Positions 27,797 through 38,164 of a DNA stretch of 50,845 nucleotides are shown in pieces. This DNA comes from an uncultured Spirochaetales bacterium (lineage in GTDB: Bacteria; Spirochaetota; Spirochaetia; JABMQR01). The first letter of the stretch is position 1. Each line of letters opens with the position of its first letter. The position numbers were made by a program, and so were the translations under genes. The notes under the pieces were generated by a model, which did no database searches, was not told the DNA's origin, and saw only the letters and a list, made by a program, of their open reading frames with translations. The stretch lies in assembly GCA_964605195.1 (NCBI GenBank), contig CAZSBC010000006.1, positions 1-50,845 of the forward strand, written 5' to 3'.

Positions 27797-28522
27797 GTGG
27801 TATATATGCGGCATAGAGTAAAATTGTCTGGGAAAAGCGTGTGTCTCTTCGTGCTCCTGCTCGTCCCGATGCTGCTGGCAGCCGGAGACAGGGCTGAATT
27901 CATCAATCTTGGTTTCTCGGATGACGGCTCCATTTTTCTCTATGGTCAGTATGGAAAGGATACCGAAGGACGCTATCTCTACGCCGACATCATTGCGCAT
28001 TCGTTGGTTGATGACCAAAGAGTCGATGAAATGACGATTTCCCGGCAGTATCCGATGCGTCAGTTTTCAGGGCAGTCCGGGTTGAATGCCCTGCTTATGG
28101 GCCTTCGGGAACACGCTTCCAGCTACTCTCTACCAATCAACTACACCAATACAGGATCGGTGCTGTTCTTCCAGCTCCCGGGACAGGATGCCGGGGAACT
28201 GGTGACCTTTACCGACTATGCAGATATGACTCTCTATACTGTATCTCTCACCATACGACCCAAGGAACGGAAACCGGGCACCGATGCCACGATATTGCTG
28301 ACGCTGTTCCGTGAGCTTCGGGATGGTACCAAATCCCGTTTCAGTACCGGTTCATTGCTGGAACCGCTTGAAGGAATCTATGAGTTTCATATCAAGCAGG
28401 CGGTCCTCTCGCCGGACAGATCCGGGATTATCGTTGTCATACAGACCAGGGTGTTCAATGAAGCGGATGGGGATGAGGATTACCGGTATACCGTCTATTC
28501 AATACCTTTTGACGGACAGTGA
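27797..28522 (+). CDS. DUF2259-like secreted protein
   Basis: Signal peptide followed by AGDRAEFINLGFSDDG...GQYG, the typical N-terminus of this family. Confidence 0.75.
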   Translation: MVYMRHRVKLSGKSVCLFVLLLVPMLLAAGDRAEFINLGFSDDGSIFLYGQYGKDTEGRYLYADIIAHSLVDDQRVDEMTISRQYPMRQFSGQSGLNALLMGLREHASSYSLPINYTNTGSVLFFQLPGQDAGELVTFTDYADMTLYTVSLTIRPKERKPGTDATILLTLFRELRDGTKSRFSTGSLLEPLEGIYEFHIKQAVLSPDRSGIIVVIQTRVFNEADGDEDYRYTVYSIPFDGQ

Positions 28523-28529
28523 GATCTCG

Positions 28530-29762
28530 CTAGAGAAAATCTCGTGCCTTCACAGGTGAGTGAGCCTGCTGGATCCTGCTAACCGAACCGGCACCGAAAC
28601 CTGCCGAAACAGTATCAACCAGAGCAGCAGCACCGGCAAGAAAAGGCAAGAGGGAAAGAAGAATTGGCAGACTCGAGGCAAGATCTATTCCAAGCAGCTT
28701 CCCAGACATGGTAACAACCAGCATGATCTCCATACCGGGAGCGACAGAGACGGTAAAGGAGAAGAGCACGGAGAATATCATGGCAAGCAGCAACTGTACG
28801 AACCGCAGGGATTCTCCGTTCACCGTTGAATAGAGTGAACAGATTGTAATGATACTGATCATAGCCGTACCGCTCCTGCCAAGGATGAGCAGCAGCGGGG
28901 CAGATGTTGAACTGATCCGTTTGGCAGCTCCCAGGTTGTTACGGGTGTGCAGCATGAGGGTTGTATGGGCAGTATAGGCACTTCCAGAGAACCAGCCGAG
29001 AATGGCCGGTGAGGCCATGGCAAATAACCAGGTGAAGGGTTTTCGGGTCTTCCCGATAAAAAGCAGCAGCAGGGGAAGAATCAGGAATACTGCCAGAACA
29101 GTATTGGTAAGCAGCAGCACTATCAGCAGCATTGAGTCCTGGATTACTCCGGAGGTGAGCGTTGCCCCGAACCAGACAGCGGAGATGAAGATCAGTCCGA
29201 GAATCATGATCTCCGTTACAATGGCCGCCAGCCTGTAAAACACCTCCGAGAAGGAGTTCATGACGGCAAAGGCTGGTCTGATATAATCTTCGTTCGGTCT
29301 CAGTACGATGCCGAGCAGCAACGCAAGAATAATTGCCGGCAGAATGGCAGTAGGAGAGATAAAGAGGGCAAAGAAGTTTCTGTTGAAGATACCCTCCAGA
29401 AAATCGGGAAAGGCGGGCAGCTCAACAGCTGGAACTGCAGCAGTTCCAGCAACCCCGGAGAAATTTGCCGGGATGACAACCCAGGCGACCAGCCCTGCGA
29501 CGACAGTCAATACCACCGAAGCAATGACCCCCCACATCAGTGTGTATAAGAGGGTTCCGGCAGCCTGCTTCTGCCTCCTCAAGGCGGCAATTCCGGAAGA
29601 GAATGAGAAAAGGATGAAGGGAACAAGAAGGTAGGTACCGATGTTCTGAAAGATTTCCCCACCGGAAGTGAGGACATATTCCGCAGTCTCGGTGTCCGGA
29701 AGGATTATCACAAGGGCCAGGCCAGCAACAGCAGCTACTATGTATTTAAACCAATCTTTCAT
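28530..29762 (-). CDS. Dicarboxylate/amino acid:cation symporter (DAACS), divergent
   Basis: DAACS topology and LLVPFILFS. The Ser-rich hairpin and NMDGT motif are degenerate (FSGSAY; GRSGT). Confidence 0.75.
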   Translation of the reverse strand: MKDWFKYIVAAVAGLALVIILPDTETAEYVLTSGGEIFQNIGTYLLVPFILFSFSSGIAALRRQKQAAGTLLYTLMWGVIASVVLTVVAGLVAWVVIPANFSGVAGTAAVPAVELPAFPDFLEGIFNRNFFALFISPTAILPAIILALLLGIVLRPNEDYIRPAFAVMNSFSEVFYRLAAIVTEIMILGLIFISAVWFGATLTSGVIQDSMLLIVLLLTNTVLAVFLILPLLLLFIGKTRKPFTWLFAMASPAILGWFSGSAYTAHTTLMLHTRNNLGAAKRISSTSAPLLLILGRSGTAMISIITICSLYSTVNGESLRFVQLLLAMIFSVLFSFTVSVAPGMEIMLVVTMSGKLLGIDLASSLPILLSLLPFLAGAAALVDTVSAGFGAGSVSRIQQAHSPVKARDFL

Positions 29763-29914
29763 AGCTCAAGAGTATATTATGGCTTACCTAAAGTCAATCA
29801 ATTGTTCCCGGATCATAATACCGCCTGCACCGCACCCCTAGTCAGAAAGAGCCTGAATACGATAGTATAGAAGCTTACAGTATGCATATCGGATTGAGTG
29901 GTGCAGGAGCTGGT

Positions 29915-31576
29915 ATGAAGATAGCCATAGGACAGATTAATACGAAGATAGCTGATTTTTCAGGAAACATGCGGAAAATTGAAGAATTCACCGTTCGGGC
30001 TGCCGGGCTCGGGGCAGATCTGGTAGTGTTCCCCGAACTCTCTCTCTGCGGATATCCCCCCTTGGATCTGATGACCTATCCCGCCTTCATAGACAGGAAT
30101 ATCGCATCGCTGGAACTGCTGAGAAAGCGACTGCCTCCTGAGACTGCCGTGGTTGTCGGATATGTGGAAAGAAACTACAGTGGAACCGGGAAATCTTTCT
30201 ACAACAGCATAGCTGTCATCTGCGGCGGTGAAGTGATTCACCGCCAGCACAAGACACTGCTGCCAACCTACGATGTCTTTGATGAGGAGCGCTACTTTGA
30301 GCCGGCGACGGAGCGATCAGTTCTGGAATTCCGGGGATACCGGCTTGGCTTTGCAATATGTGAGGATATCTGGGCGGAGAATATCGGGGATTCCCGGTTG
30401 ACCTACCACAGGGATCCGGTGGGAGAGTTGGCATCGCATAATCCCGATATCATCATTGCCCCCTCAGCCTCTCCTTTTTACAGCGGCAAGACATCAATCC
30501 GGAGACGCCTGGTAGAGAATATCAGCACCAACCACGGATGTATCACCATCTATGTGAATGCCGTGGGTGCCAACGATCTATTCATATTCGACGGGAACTC
30601 GCTAGCTGCCGATACAACCGGAAAGGTTGTCCTGCACTGCCGTTCATTCAATGAGGATCTGGGGATCATCGATACAGAGAAGCTGCAGACAGTCCCTGCT
30701 GAAGATCTCGAGGAGATCGGCAACACCTATAGGAACCTTGAGCAGGCCCTGGTATTGGGCGTGCGGGACTACATGGCAAAGACTGGGTTTGCCAAGGTGA
30801 ACCTTGGGCTCTCCGGGGGAGTGGATTCTGCCCTGGTGGCCGTCATCGCCGCCCGGGCCATGGGACCCGAGAATGTCCATGCCTATGCCATGCCGAGCCG
30901 GTACTCCTCCGAGCACAGTCTGAAGGATGCGGAAACTCTGGCAGCCAATCTTGGAATCGGCTATGAAGTGATACCGATAGAGAAGATCTTCTCTTCGGTA
31001 CTGCACACCCTTGAGGAGAGTTTTGCCGGAACAGAACCCGATATCACCGAGGAGAACATGCAGGCCCGCATCAGAGGCCTGCTGTTGATGGCCTGGTCAA
31101 ACAAGATGGGATCGCTGCTGCTGACTACCGGCAACAAATCTGAGATGGCTACCGGGTACTGCACCCTCTACGGAGACATGTGCGGATCACTGGCGGTAAT
31201 CGGGGATCTGTTCAAGACAGAGGTCTACGAACTGTGCCGTTTTATCAACCGGGAAGCGGGATATGACCTGATTCCCGACAACATCCTCACAAAACCACCA
31301 TCGGCCGAACTGCGACCCGACCAGACAGATCAGGACTCACTCCCATCCTATGAGATCCTTGACGGTATTCTGAAGGCACACATTATGGAGTGCCGTTCCT
31401 ATGAGGAGATTGTGGCAGCAGGGTATGATCCGGAGACGACCCGGAACATAATCCGGCTGACCGAACGCAATGAGTACAAGCGCAGACAGGCCGCTATTGT
31501 TCTGAAAGTATCCGAGAAGGCCTTCGGAAACGGACGCAGAATCCCAATTGCCAGAGAGATATATGAGACGGAATAG
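29915..31576 (+). CDS. nadE: Glutamine-dependent NAD+ synthetase
   Basis: Nitrilase triad (FPEL, HKTLLP, ICEDIW) plus LGLSGGVDS, ENMQARIR, TGNKSE, PPSAELRPDQTD. Confidence 0.96.
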   Translation: MKIAIGQINTKIADFSGNMRKIEEFTVRAAGLGADLVVFPELSLCGYPPLDLMTYPAFIDRNIASLELLRKRLPPETAVVVGYVERNYSGTGKSFYNSIAVICGGEVIHRQHKTLLPTYDVFDEERYFEPATERSVLEFRGYRLGFAICEDIWAENIGDSRLTYHRDPVGELASHNPDIIIAPSASPFYSGKTSIRRRLVENISTNHGCITIYVNAVGANDLFIFDGNSLAADTTGKVVLHCRSFNEDLGIIDTEKLQTVPAEDLEEIGNTYRNLEQALVLGVRDYMAKTGFAKVNLGLSGGVDSALVAVIAARAMGPENVHAYAMPSRYSSEHSLKDAETLAANLGIGYEVIPIEKIFSSVLHTLEESFAGTEPDITEENMQARIRGLLLMAWSNKMGSLLLTTGNKSEMATGYCTLYGDMCGSLAVIGDLFKTEVYELCRFINREAGYDLIPDNILTKPPSAELRPDQTDQDSLPSYEILDGILKAHIMECRSYEEIVAAGYDPETTRNIIRLTERNEYKRRQAAIVLKVSEKAFGNGRRIPIAREIYETE

Positions 31577-31590
31577 CCCCGCACCTTACC

Positions 31591-34500
31591 TCAGTTGGTG
31601 AGGAAGCGGTCAATCCGGTAATCTGCCGCGCTCTCCCTGTGCAGCCAGTCGGAAATATGTGCCGCAAGCTGCTTCTCGTCGATTCCGGGTAACAGTCCGT
31701 CGGTACCGCCAATGGCGGCGATCACCAGATAGAAGAAACTGTTCTGCAGCGACTCTTTGTGATACCACTCAACACCGTCATACCAGTTTATGCCGGCAGT
31801 TTCCCTGAAGGAGGGAGTTGCTGTGAGCTCCTGCATGAAGCCGCTGCGATCACCGCTTTGCTGCCGTAACCAGTTCCAGTTGTTGAGGATCAGTTCAATT
31901 GCAACAGTGGATCGAGTATTCTGGTCATGGGCAAGCCCGGCTTCGTAGAGACGGTTATGCAGCAGGGCATCCATAAGCAGCTCATGGGAGTACCGTACTT
32001 CAACGGGCTCTTTCGCAGCTATCGGCAGGGAGAAGAGGACGCCGGCAATGACTGCAGGTACTTCGTTCATCAGAGCAAGAGAGTTGTGGATATAGCGGGT
32101 CAACATGGTATCCGCTGATTCAGCTGCCGTCCCGATGACCAGCAGAGCATCAATGAAACGGCCCTGACGGGGATCATCAGCTCTATAGGAGCTTCCCTTC
32201 AGCAGGCTCTGTTCAGCAAACCTGATATCGTCCCATATTTCTGAGACATGCCCGCTTACCGCTGAGACCAGCTCCTTCAGCGGCAGGACGGCAGCCTGAT
32301 CCCCTCGAAGCAGCGAGGCAATCAGAGCGATAGACTCTCTGGAGAAGAGCTTCTCGGCGGCAGCGTGCAGCTCCCGTAGCCGTATCAGCTGCATCTCACG
32401 TTCAAGATTCTCCACACCGCGGCCGTCAAGAAATTCACAGAGGTCGGTAATCACACCATCGGAATCGGTAATTTCACGGATATCGAGAAACACCTGTGTT
32501 TCGTATCCGGAGAGTTCCACATAGATTCCATGCCTGAAAAGATCCCTTACAGGCCTCAGATAGGTCAGCCTGTCATGGAAACCGTACATGAGACAGTAGG
32601 CGTCCGCTTTGTTGTGCAACCCCAGTGCATCGCCTACTGTGATGGCTGCCGGAGCTCGTGAACCGTCAGGGCTGCGCTTCAGATAGGGAACTGATTGTGC
32701 TATCCAACCCCCTCCGGAGTGGTAGGAGTTGTTGTACAGCACCAGGGCACGTTCAGCAGCATGCCCGTTGGAGTAGGCAAATATGTTCTCATTCACGGCA
32801 CCGTTGCTGATGACATCATAGAGATAGAAGTGCTCAACACCGGAGAAGAGCCGTCTGTGTTTGGCAAGCGGAAATATGCGCCGGTAATGGCCGTCAATAA
32901 GCCAATGGTTCGGTGTTTCATCATAGTAAGCGCGGCTGTACTCCATGCCATATTTCTCATGGTACCCCTCAACCTGTCCATGACCGATCATGGGAAGGCC
33001 GGGCATGGTCACCAGCAGAGTGCAGACCCCGAAGTACTTATCACCATCGCCAAACTGGGCTATGGCAGTATCCTCATCGGGATTGTTCATGAAGTTCACG
33101 AAGCGCTTCAGTATCTCCGGATCGAAACTCAAGGTATTCTTGATCGTATCCCGGTATTTTCTATTCTCCTCCATCTTCAGCATATTCATGAACGCACTGT
33201 TGTAGACCCGGTGCATTCCCAGCGTGCGGACAAAGAATCCCTCCATCATCCAGAAGGCTTCTGCCAGCAGCAGGGTGTCGGGAACCTCTGCAGCTACCCG
33301 GTCAACCACTTCCCGCCAGAACTCCTTTGGAATGGCACGATCGAAATCAGCCTGTTCAAGCCCGTAGGCAGAACGACCCGGAATATCACCGCCCTGTCCC
33401 GGTTTCGGGAACCAGAGACGCTGAATATGTCGTTTTGCCAACGTCATGGCAGCGTCAAACCGGATAATCGGAAAATCCCGGGCTACATCCAGAATTGTCC
33501 GGATTACCATCTCTCGGGTATCGGGATTGAGATAATCGAGTTGTGCCGTATCATTCCACGGCATGGATGTACCGTCATTCCCGTGGTATATGTAGGTGGT
33601 GTGGCCGGTCCTCCGGTCTGTTCTTCTGAAAGCAACCGCGGCATCGGACCTGTCGTAATAGTGATCTTCGATCTGGATGGCGGCTTCAGGGGCATGAGAG
33701 AGATCATCCGATGCATAGGAGTAGGCTGGAAACGGCGGAGTATCACTTTGCAGGAAGAGGTCGGGACGCTGCATCACCCAGGCGGAGTCGATGCCGGTAT
33801 GGTTCGGTACCATGTCGCTCGCCAACCTGATACCCCGCTGAGCGCAGCGATGTTTCAGGTTGTGCAGAGCTGACTGACCGCCCATTCTGTCGGCAATGGT
33901 ATAGGCATGGAGGGAGTACGCCGAAGCCTCTGCCCCGGGATTTCCCATCCTGCGCTTGATCTCTTTTGAAGCGGTACTCCGTTCCCACAACCCGATCAGC
34001 CAGAGGGCAGTAATTCCGCGTCCGGCAATGACGTCCAGCTCCGCATCCGGAATCTGGTCCAGTCTAGTTATTTCGTAACCGTACTGCCTGCTAAGCTGGT
34101 CCAGCCATACCAGGGTGCTCTTGGCAAGCATGATAACATTGGGCATCCAGTCAGAGTCCAAACTGAAGGCCTCGTATTCATGCTCTCCCCCATGATAATC
34201 CATAACATCAAGGGGTGCCTGTCCCGGGGGAAAGTAGGGCCGCTCCTCCTCTCTGAGGAAGTCAAGGGAGCGCAGCAGCAGCGCCCTGCTGCCTGAAAGA
34301 TACGGTTTCCAGGTATCACTGATGTAAGCAAGCTGCTTCAGGATGGAGTCGGGATGCTGCCTGGCAGGCAGCATCAGCAGCTCTGTGAGCGACAGGGGAG
34401 AATCCCCAGGGATCGTAATATGCCCGGCTGCGGAGAATACCGTTGCCGAAGCACGTTTCAGGCTGCTTTCCGTATCCAGCAGGCTGAAGGCGTAGAGATC

Positions 34501-34935
34501 CCTGATGCGGCTTTTCCGGAGCGCGGGATTACTTGCCTGAACCGTCAGCAGAAGCAGCTCTTCGAACGGACCAGCAGGAGCTTCCGGGTCGGAAGGGGTT
34601 TTCAGCAGCGGGTACTCGCTGGAAAACGCGCCCTCGATCTCCTTCTGCTTATTGCTGCCCCCGCAACGCTCAGCAAGCCGCTTCTCCAGCGATTGCGGAT
34701 AGGCGGTATCCATGTAGGAGAACAGATCAAGAACAGCCAATCGCAGGGCATGATGAGCAAGCAGCTTCCCCGGTGATATATGCTCCTTCCGATTGCTGCG
34801 CTGAAGGTTGATCCTGTAGACAACCTGTTGGGCCTGCTGATAGAGGCGGGGGATGTCATATTCAGGAAAGACCTGTTCCTGAAGGTTGTAGGTTGTTCTT
34901 GCCTGCTGCTGGATGGGGAAAAGTGGTTTTCTCAT
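31591..34935 (-). CDS. Large GH13 alpha-amylase-family protein
   Basis: ASAYSL, DMVPNH (region I), RFDAAM (II), LAEAFW (III), NNPDE (IV); AGGAG RBS. Confidence 0.88.
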   Translation of the reverse strand: MRKPLFPIQQQARTTYNLQEQVFPEYDIPRLYQQAQQVVYRINLQRSNRKEHISPGKLLAHHALRLAVLDLFSYMDTAYPQSLEKRLAERCGGSNKQKEIEGAFSSEYPLLKTPSDPEAPAGPFEELLLLTVQASNPALRKSRIRDLYAFSLLDTESSLKRASATVFSAAGHITIPGDSPLSLTELLMLPARQHPDSILKQLAYISDTWKPYLSGSRALLLRSLDFLREEERPYFPPGQAPLDVMDYHGGEHEYEAFSLDSDWMPNVIMLAKSTLVWLDQLSRQYGYEITRLDQIPDAELDVIAGRGITALWLIGLWERSTASKEIKRRMGNPGAEASAYSLHAYTIADRMGGQSALHNLKHRCAQRGIRLASDMVPNHTGIDSAWVMQRPDLFLQSDTPPFPAYSYASDDLSHAPEAAIQIEDHYYDRSDAAVAFRRTDRRTGHTTYIYHGNDGTSMPWNDTAQLDYLNPDTREMVIRTILDVARDFPIIRFDAAMTLAKRHIQRLWFPKPGQGGDIPGRSAYGLEQADFDRAIPKEFWREVVDRVAAEVPDTLLLAEAFWMMEGFFVRTLGMHRVYNSAFMNMLKMEENRKYRDTIKNTLSFDPEILKRFVNFMNNPDEDTAIAQFGDGDKYFGVCTLLVTMPGLPMIGHGQVEGYHEKYGMEYSRAYYDETPNHWLIDGHYRRIFPLAKHRRLFSGVEHFYLYDVISNGAVNENIFAYSNGHAAERALVLYNNSYHSGGGWIAQSVPYLKRSPDGSRAPAAITVGDALGLHNKADAYCLMYGFHDRLTYLRPVRDLFRHGIYVELSGYETQVFLDIREITDSDGVITDLCEFLDGRGVENLEREMQLIRLRELHAAAEKLFSRESIALIASLLRGDQAAVLPLKELVSAVSGHVSEIWDDIRFAEQSLLKGSSYRADDPRQGRFIDALLVIGTAAESADTMLTRYIHNSLALMNEVPAVIAGVLFSLPIAAKEPVEVRYSHELLMDALLHNRLYEAGLAHDQNTRSTVAIELILNNWNWLRQQSGDRSGFMQELTATPSFRETAGINWYDGVEWYHKESLQNSFFYLVIAAIGGTDGLLPGIDEKQLAAHISDWLHRESAADYRIDRFLTN

Positions 34936-35047
34936 CTACTGCTCCTGATGTATATATCCTATCTGCTTCACAATCAGTATAAAAGCAGAGAGAGGAGAGT
35001 GCAATACGGGAGACTCTGCGTGCATGGCTTTATACAATTTTGATGTA

Positions 35048-35620
35048 TCAGTTGAAAAGAGTTCGTGAAACTGGTTCTGCCTTAGCGGGACCCTTTCGGA
35101 TGACGCTCTCGATAAGGTCCAGAGCCTCCCGGATACAGGTTGGAAGTTGATGCTCCTCAACCGGACCAAACCGTCCCAGCACATGACTCTGTACCGCAGT
35201 CCCCTGGGGACGACCGATTCCAAGGGCAATACGGGGAAACACCTTTGTTCCGATACTTCCGGCAATGGATCGCAGGCCGTTGTGGCTGTGGAGCCCGCCT
35301 TCCTGCCTGAACGCCACCGAACCGAACGGAAGCTCCATATCATCATGTACCACCAGAATATGGCTTGGTTCAACGGAGAAGAACCGGGCTGCGGCAGCAA
35401 TACTTCGGCCGCTGTTGTTCATATACTGCTGAGGACGGAGAGTTACGACTTTCTCTCCATGTATGACAGCGGGAGAAGAGAGCTCCGCATTGAACTTGTT
35501 CCGGTAGCTCATACCGGGGAAGCGTGTCTGAAACTGTTCCGCCACCATCCAGCCGTAGTTGTGCCGGGTGTGGGCATAGCGGAGTCCGGGATTACCGAGA
35601 AATGCCAGGAGAATCATCAT
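35048..35620 (-). CDS. pth: Peptidyl-tRNA hydrolase
   Basis: LGNPG..YAHTRHN.G, YMNNSG, VVHDDMEL, HNGLRSI, GIGRP. Confidence 0.95.
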   Translation of the reverse strand: MMILLAFLGNPGLRYAHTRHNYGWMVAEQFQTRFPGMSYRNKFNAELSSPAVIHGEKVVTLRPQQYMNNSGRSIAAAARFFSVEPSHILVVHDDMELPFGSVAFRQEGGLHSHNGLRSIAGSIGTKVFPRIALGIGRPQGTAVQSHVLGRFGPVEEHQLPTCIREALDLIESVIRKGPAKAEPVSRTLFN

Positions 35621-35682
35621 TCATACACCCTAAACCGCAGGGGCGGGGATGATCAAGCAGCAATCCCAGGGAATGCGGTGCA

Positions 35683-35711
35683 TTGTATAATCACAATCTA
35701 TAGTGTATGAT
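35683..35711 (+). promoter_or_regulatory. Sigma70-type promoter of the methionine operon
   Basis: TTGTAT-17 nt-TATGAT, implying a ~78-nt leader before ATG 35796. Confidence 0.6.
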
Positions 35712-35795
35712 CGATAAAAGTTTTCCTGCAAACCGGTACCAGCTCAGTTATTCTTCGACTCGGAAGACTTTATACCAGAAGTGATGTGGGGGAAT

Positions 35796-36938
35796 ATGAA
35801 AACACTAGAACAGATCAATGAAAAAATCCGCAGGGGAGAGGCAGCGGTCTTTACTGCCGAAGAGATCTCCTCCATGGCGTTACGCATGTCTGCCGATGAG
35901 ATAGCGGATGAAGTTGATGTTGTTACCACCGGTACCTTCGGACCGATGTGCTCTTCTGGAGCCTTTATCAATTTCGGACATTACAACCCCCCCATCCGGA
36001 TGGAAGAGATCAGCCTTAACGATGTCCCGGTCTATGCCGGGGTGGCTGCAGTTGATGCTTACATCGGGGCTACTTCCGAATCGGTATTCGATGAGACCTA
36101 CGGGGGAGCCCATATCATAACAGAGCTCATTGCAGGGCGAGATGTCCGGCTCAAAGCCCGCGGCAAGGGTACGGACTGCTATCCCACCCGGGAGGTGCAG
36201 ACGGTAATAAACCGGGAAAGCGTAAATGAGTTCTACCTCTTCAACCCGCGCAACGCCTACCAGAATTACTGTACGGCAGTCAATTCACAGAAACATGCCA
36301 TCTATACCTATATGGGCACGCTCATGCCGCATATGGAGAATGCCACCTACTCAACCTCAGGAGAGCTGAGTCCGCTGCTGAATGATCCCGCAATGAGAAC
36401 CATCGGTATAGGAACACGGATCTTTCTGGCAGGAGCACAGGGGTATGTATCCTGGTACGGTACCCAGTTCAATACCCGCAAGGAGAAGAACAGCTACGGG
36501 ATACCTACCAGTAACGCGGCAACGCTGGCAGTGATTGGAGATGCCAGGAAGATGTCGACTGAGTATATAACGCCAGCATATTTCGAGAAATACGGGGTGA
36601 CGTTGTTTGTCGGGATCGGCATCCCGATTCCCATGCTTGATGCGGGTATTGCCAAGGCAGTCTCCGTCAACAACAGCCAGATTGAGACCTCGGTGGTTGA
36701 TTATGGGCGTGAAGATAAGCCGGTAATCGGCAGAGTTACCTATGAGCAGCTCCAGAGCGGGACAATTCACATTCAGGACAAAGAGATAAAGACCGGACCG
36801 CTGTCCAGTATCGCGAAAGCCCGCAGAATAGCGGAAGAGTTGAAACGATGGATTCAGGAGGGTTCGTTCCTGCTGTCACAACCGGTTGAGATGTTTCCGG
36901 AGGATTCCGGTGTCAACAGCCTCCAGCAGCGATCCTAG
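35796..36938 (+). CDS. Homocysteine biosynthesis protein, DUF39/COG1900 (L-aspartate semialdehyde sulfurtransferase; MA1821/MJ0100-like, no CBS domains)
   Basis: KT..EINEKI, VDVVTTGTFGPMCSSGA, GVAAVDAYIGAT, YGGAH, PRNAYQNY, GELSPLLNDP..RTIGIGTRIFLAGA. Confidence 0.93.
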   Translation: MKTLEQINEKIRRGEAAVFTAEEISSMALRMSADEIADEVDVVTTGTFGPMCSSGAFINFGHYNPPIRMEEISLNDVPVYAGVAAVDAYIGATSESVFDETYGGAHIITELIAGRDVRLKARGKGTDCYPTREVQTVINRESVNEFYLFNPRNAYQNYCTAVNSQKHAIYTYMGTLMPHMENATYSTSGELSPLLNDPAMRTIGIGTRIFLAGAQGYVSWYGTQFNTRKEKNSYGIPTSNAATLAVIGDARKMSTEYITPAYFEKYGVTLFVGIGIPIPMLDAGIAKAVSVNNSQIETSVVDYGREDKPVIGRVTYEQLQSGTIHIQDKEIKTGPLSSIAKARRIAEELKRWIQEGSFLLSQPVEMFPEDSGVNSLQQRS

Positions 36939-36962
36939 CTATAATACGGGAGGTGATTGCGC

Positions 36963-37379
36963 ATGAAGAAACGAGTTATTTTCAGATTTTCACCGGATTC
37001 AGTAAAGAAACCCCTGATGTCGCAACTGGTGCGGAAGTATGACATAGATGTGAATATCTGGAATGCAGATATTTCCTATGGAAGAGAGGGAAAGCTGGTA
37101 GTTGAGCTTGATGCCGACGAGGTTGCCCTTGAGCAGGGGCTGGAGTATGCCCGATCGATAGGCGTGCACTGGTCACCAATGACCAAAGAGTTGCAGTTCA
37201 ACCGGGATGCCTGCGTGCATTGCGGCAGCTGTTCATCTGTCTGCTTCTATGGTGCCCTGACGATGGACAGAACCAGCTGGGAACTGGTATTTGATCCCGA
37301 TCAGTGTGTCGTCTGCGGTCTCTGCGTCAAAGCGTGCCCTCTAAGGCTCTTCTCAATATCTCGAGAGGAGGAGGATTAG
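36963..37379 (+). CDS. NIL-domain 2x[4Fe-4S] ferredoxin (MA1822/MJ0099-like)
   Basis: NIL domain (KPLMSQLVRKYDIDVNI..A) plus CVHCGSCSSVC and CVVCGLCVKACP; GGAGGTG RBS. Confidence 0.92.
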   Translation: MKKRVIFRFSPDSVKKPLMSQLVRKYDIDVNIWNADISYGREGKLVVELDADEVALEQGLEYARSIGVHWSPMTKELQFNRDACVHCGSCSSVCFYGALTMDRTSWELVFDPDQCVVCGLCVKACPLRLFSISREEED

Positions 37380-37387
37380 GGGTACAG

Positions 37388-38164
37388 ATGTACGAACCGC
37401 GAAGCTACCGGGACGTAATGGGAAACGATACCCTTCTCTCTTTCTCCCTGGCTGTAGAAGAGACGGATATATGGGTGGCTGTCGACATTGAAAGCATGCT
37501 CCGGGTCGGGAAAAGTGAGCTGATCCGGTCGGCAGGACATGTCATCCGCCGCCTGAGGGGAGAGTTGTATCGGGCTGCAGGACGGCGCTCTGAATCCCGG
37601 CTGTTTTTTGAGAGCCTGCACCCGCTAAGCGGAGCTCCGGATGACACTCAGGTTGTAGCGGAGATGATCAGGGCTGCCGAACTTGCCGGAACCGGACCGA
37701 TGGCTGCAGTGGCAGGCGCCTTTGCCGAGTCTGTTGGCAGAGAGCTCCGCGAACGGTACGCCCTGAGCGATATTATCGTTGAGAACGGAGGCGATATCTG
37801 GGTATCCGGAAGACAGGATGTTCGTTTTCCCGTCTATGCCGGCACATCCCCGCTCTCGGGGAAAATTGGGCTTCGGGTGGCCAGGGATCAGCTGCCTGTC
37901 GGTGTATGTACCTCCTCGGGGAGTGTCGGTCACTCTCTCAGTTTCGGTAGAGCTGACGCGCTGACTGTCATATGCTCAAGCGCAGCCCTGGCAGATGCAC
38001 TGGCAACAGCAGCATGCAACAGCATCAGAGAGGTGGCGGATGTGGAGAGGATCGTGAAGGATCTCAGCAGACGGGACGATGTCATCGGGGCTCTAGGTAT
38101 CCTGGGAGAGCATGCGGCAGTATGTGGAAATTGCGAGGTAATAACGCTGAATGAATACGACTGA
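37388..38164 (+). CDS. UPF0280/COG2122 ApbE-like protein (MA1715-like sulfide assimilation factor)
   Basis: [51 protein letters not shown]. Confidence 0.9.
   Translation: MYEPRSYRDVMGNDTLLSFSLAVEETDIWVAVDIESMLRVGKSELIRSAGHVIRRLRGELYRAAGRRSESRLFFESLHPLSGAPDDTQVVAEMIRAAELAGTGPMAAVAGAFAESVGRELRERYALSDIIVENGGDIWVSGRQDVRFPVYAGTSPLSGKIGLRVARDQLPVGVCTSSGSVGHSLSFGRADALTVICSSAALADALATAACNSIREVADVERIVKDLSRRDDVIGALGILGEHAAVCGNCEVITLNEYD

Noticed and set aside
32695-33873. 392-aa plus-strand ORF inside the GH13 gene
   Set aside because: Antisense shadow of a conserved gene, with no recognisable motifs.
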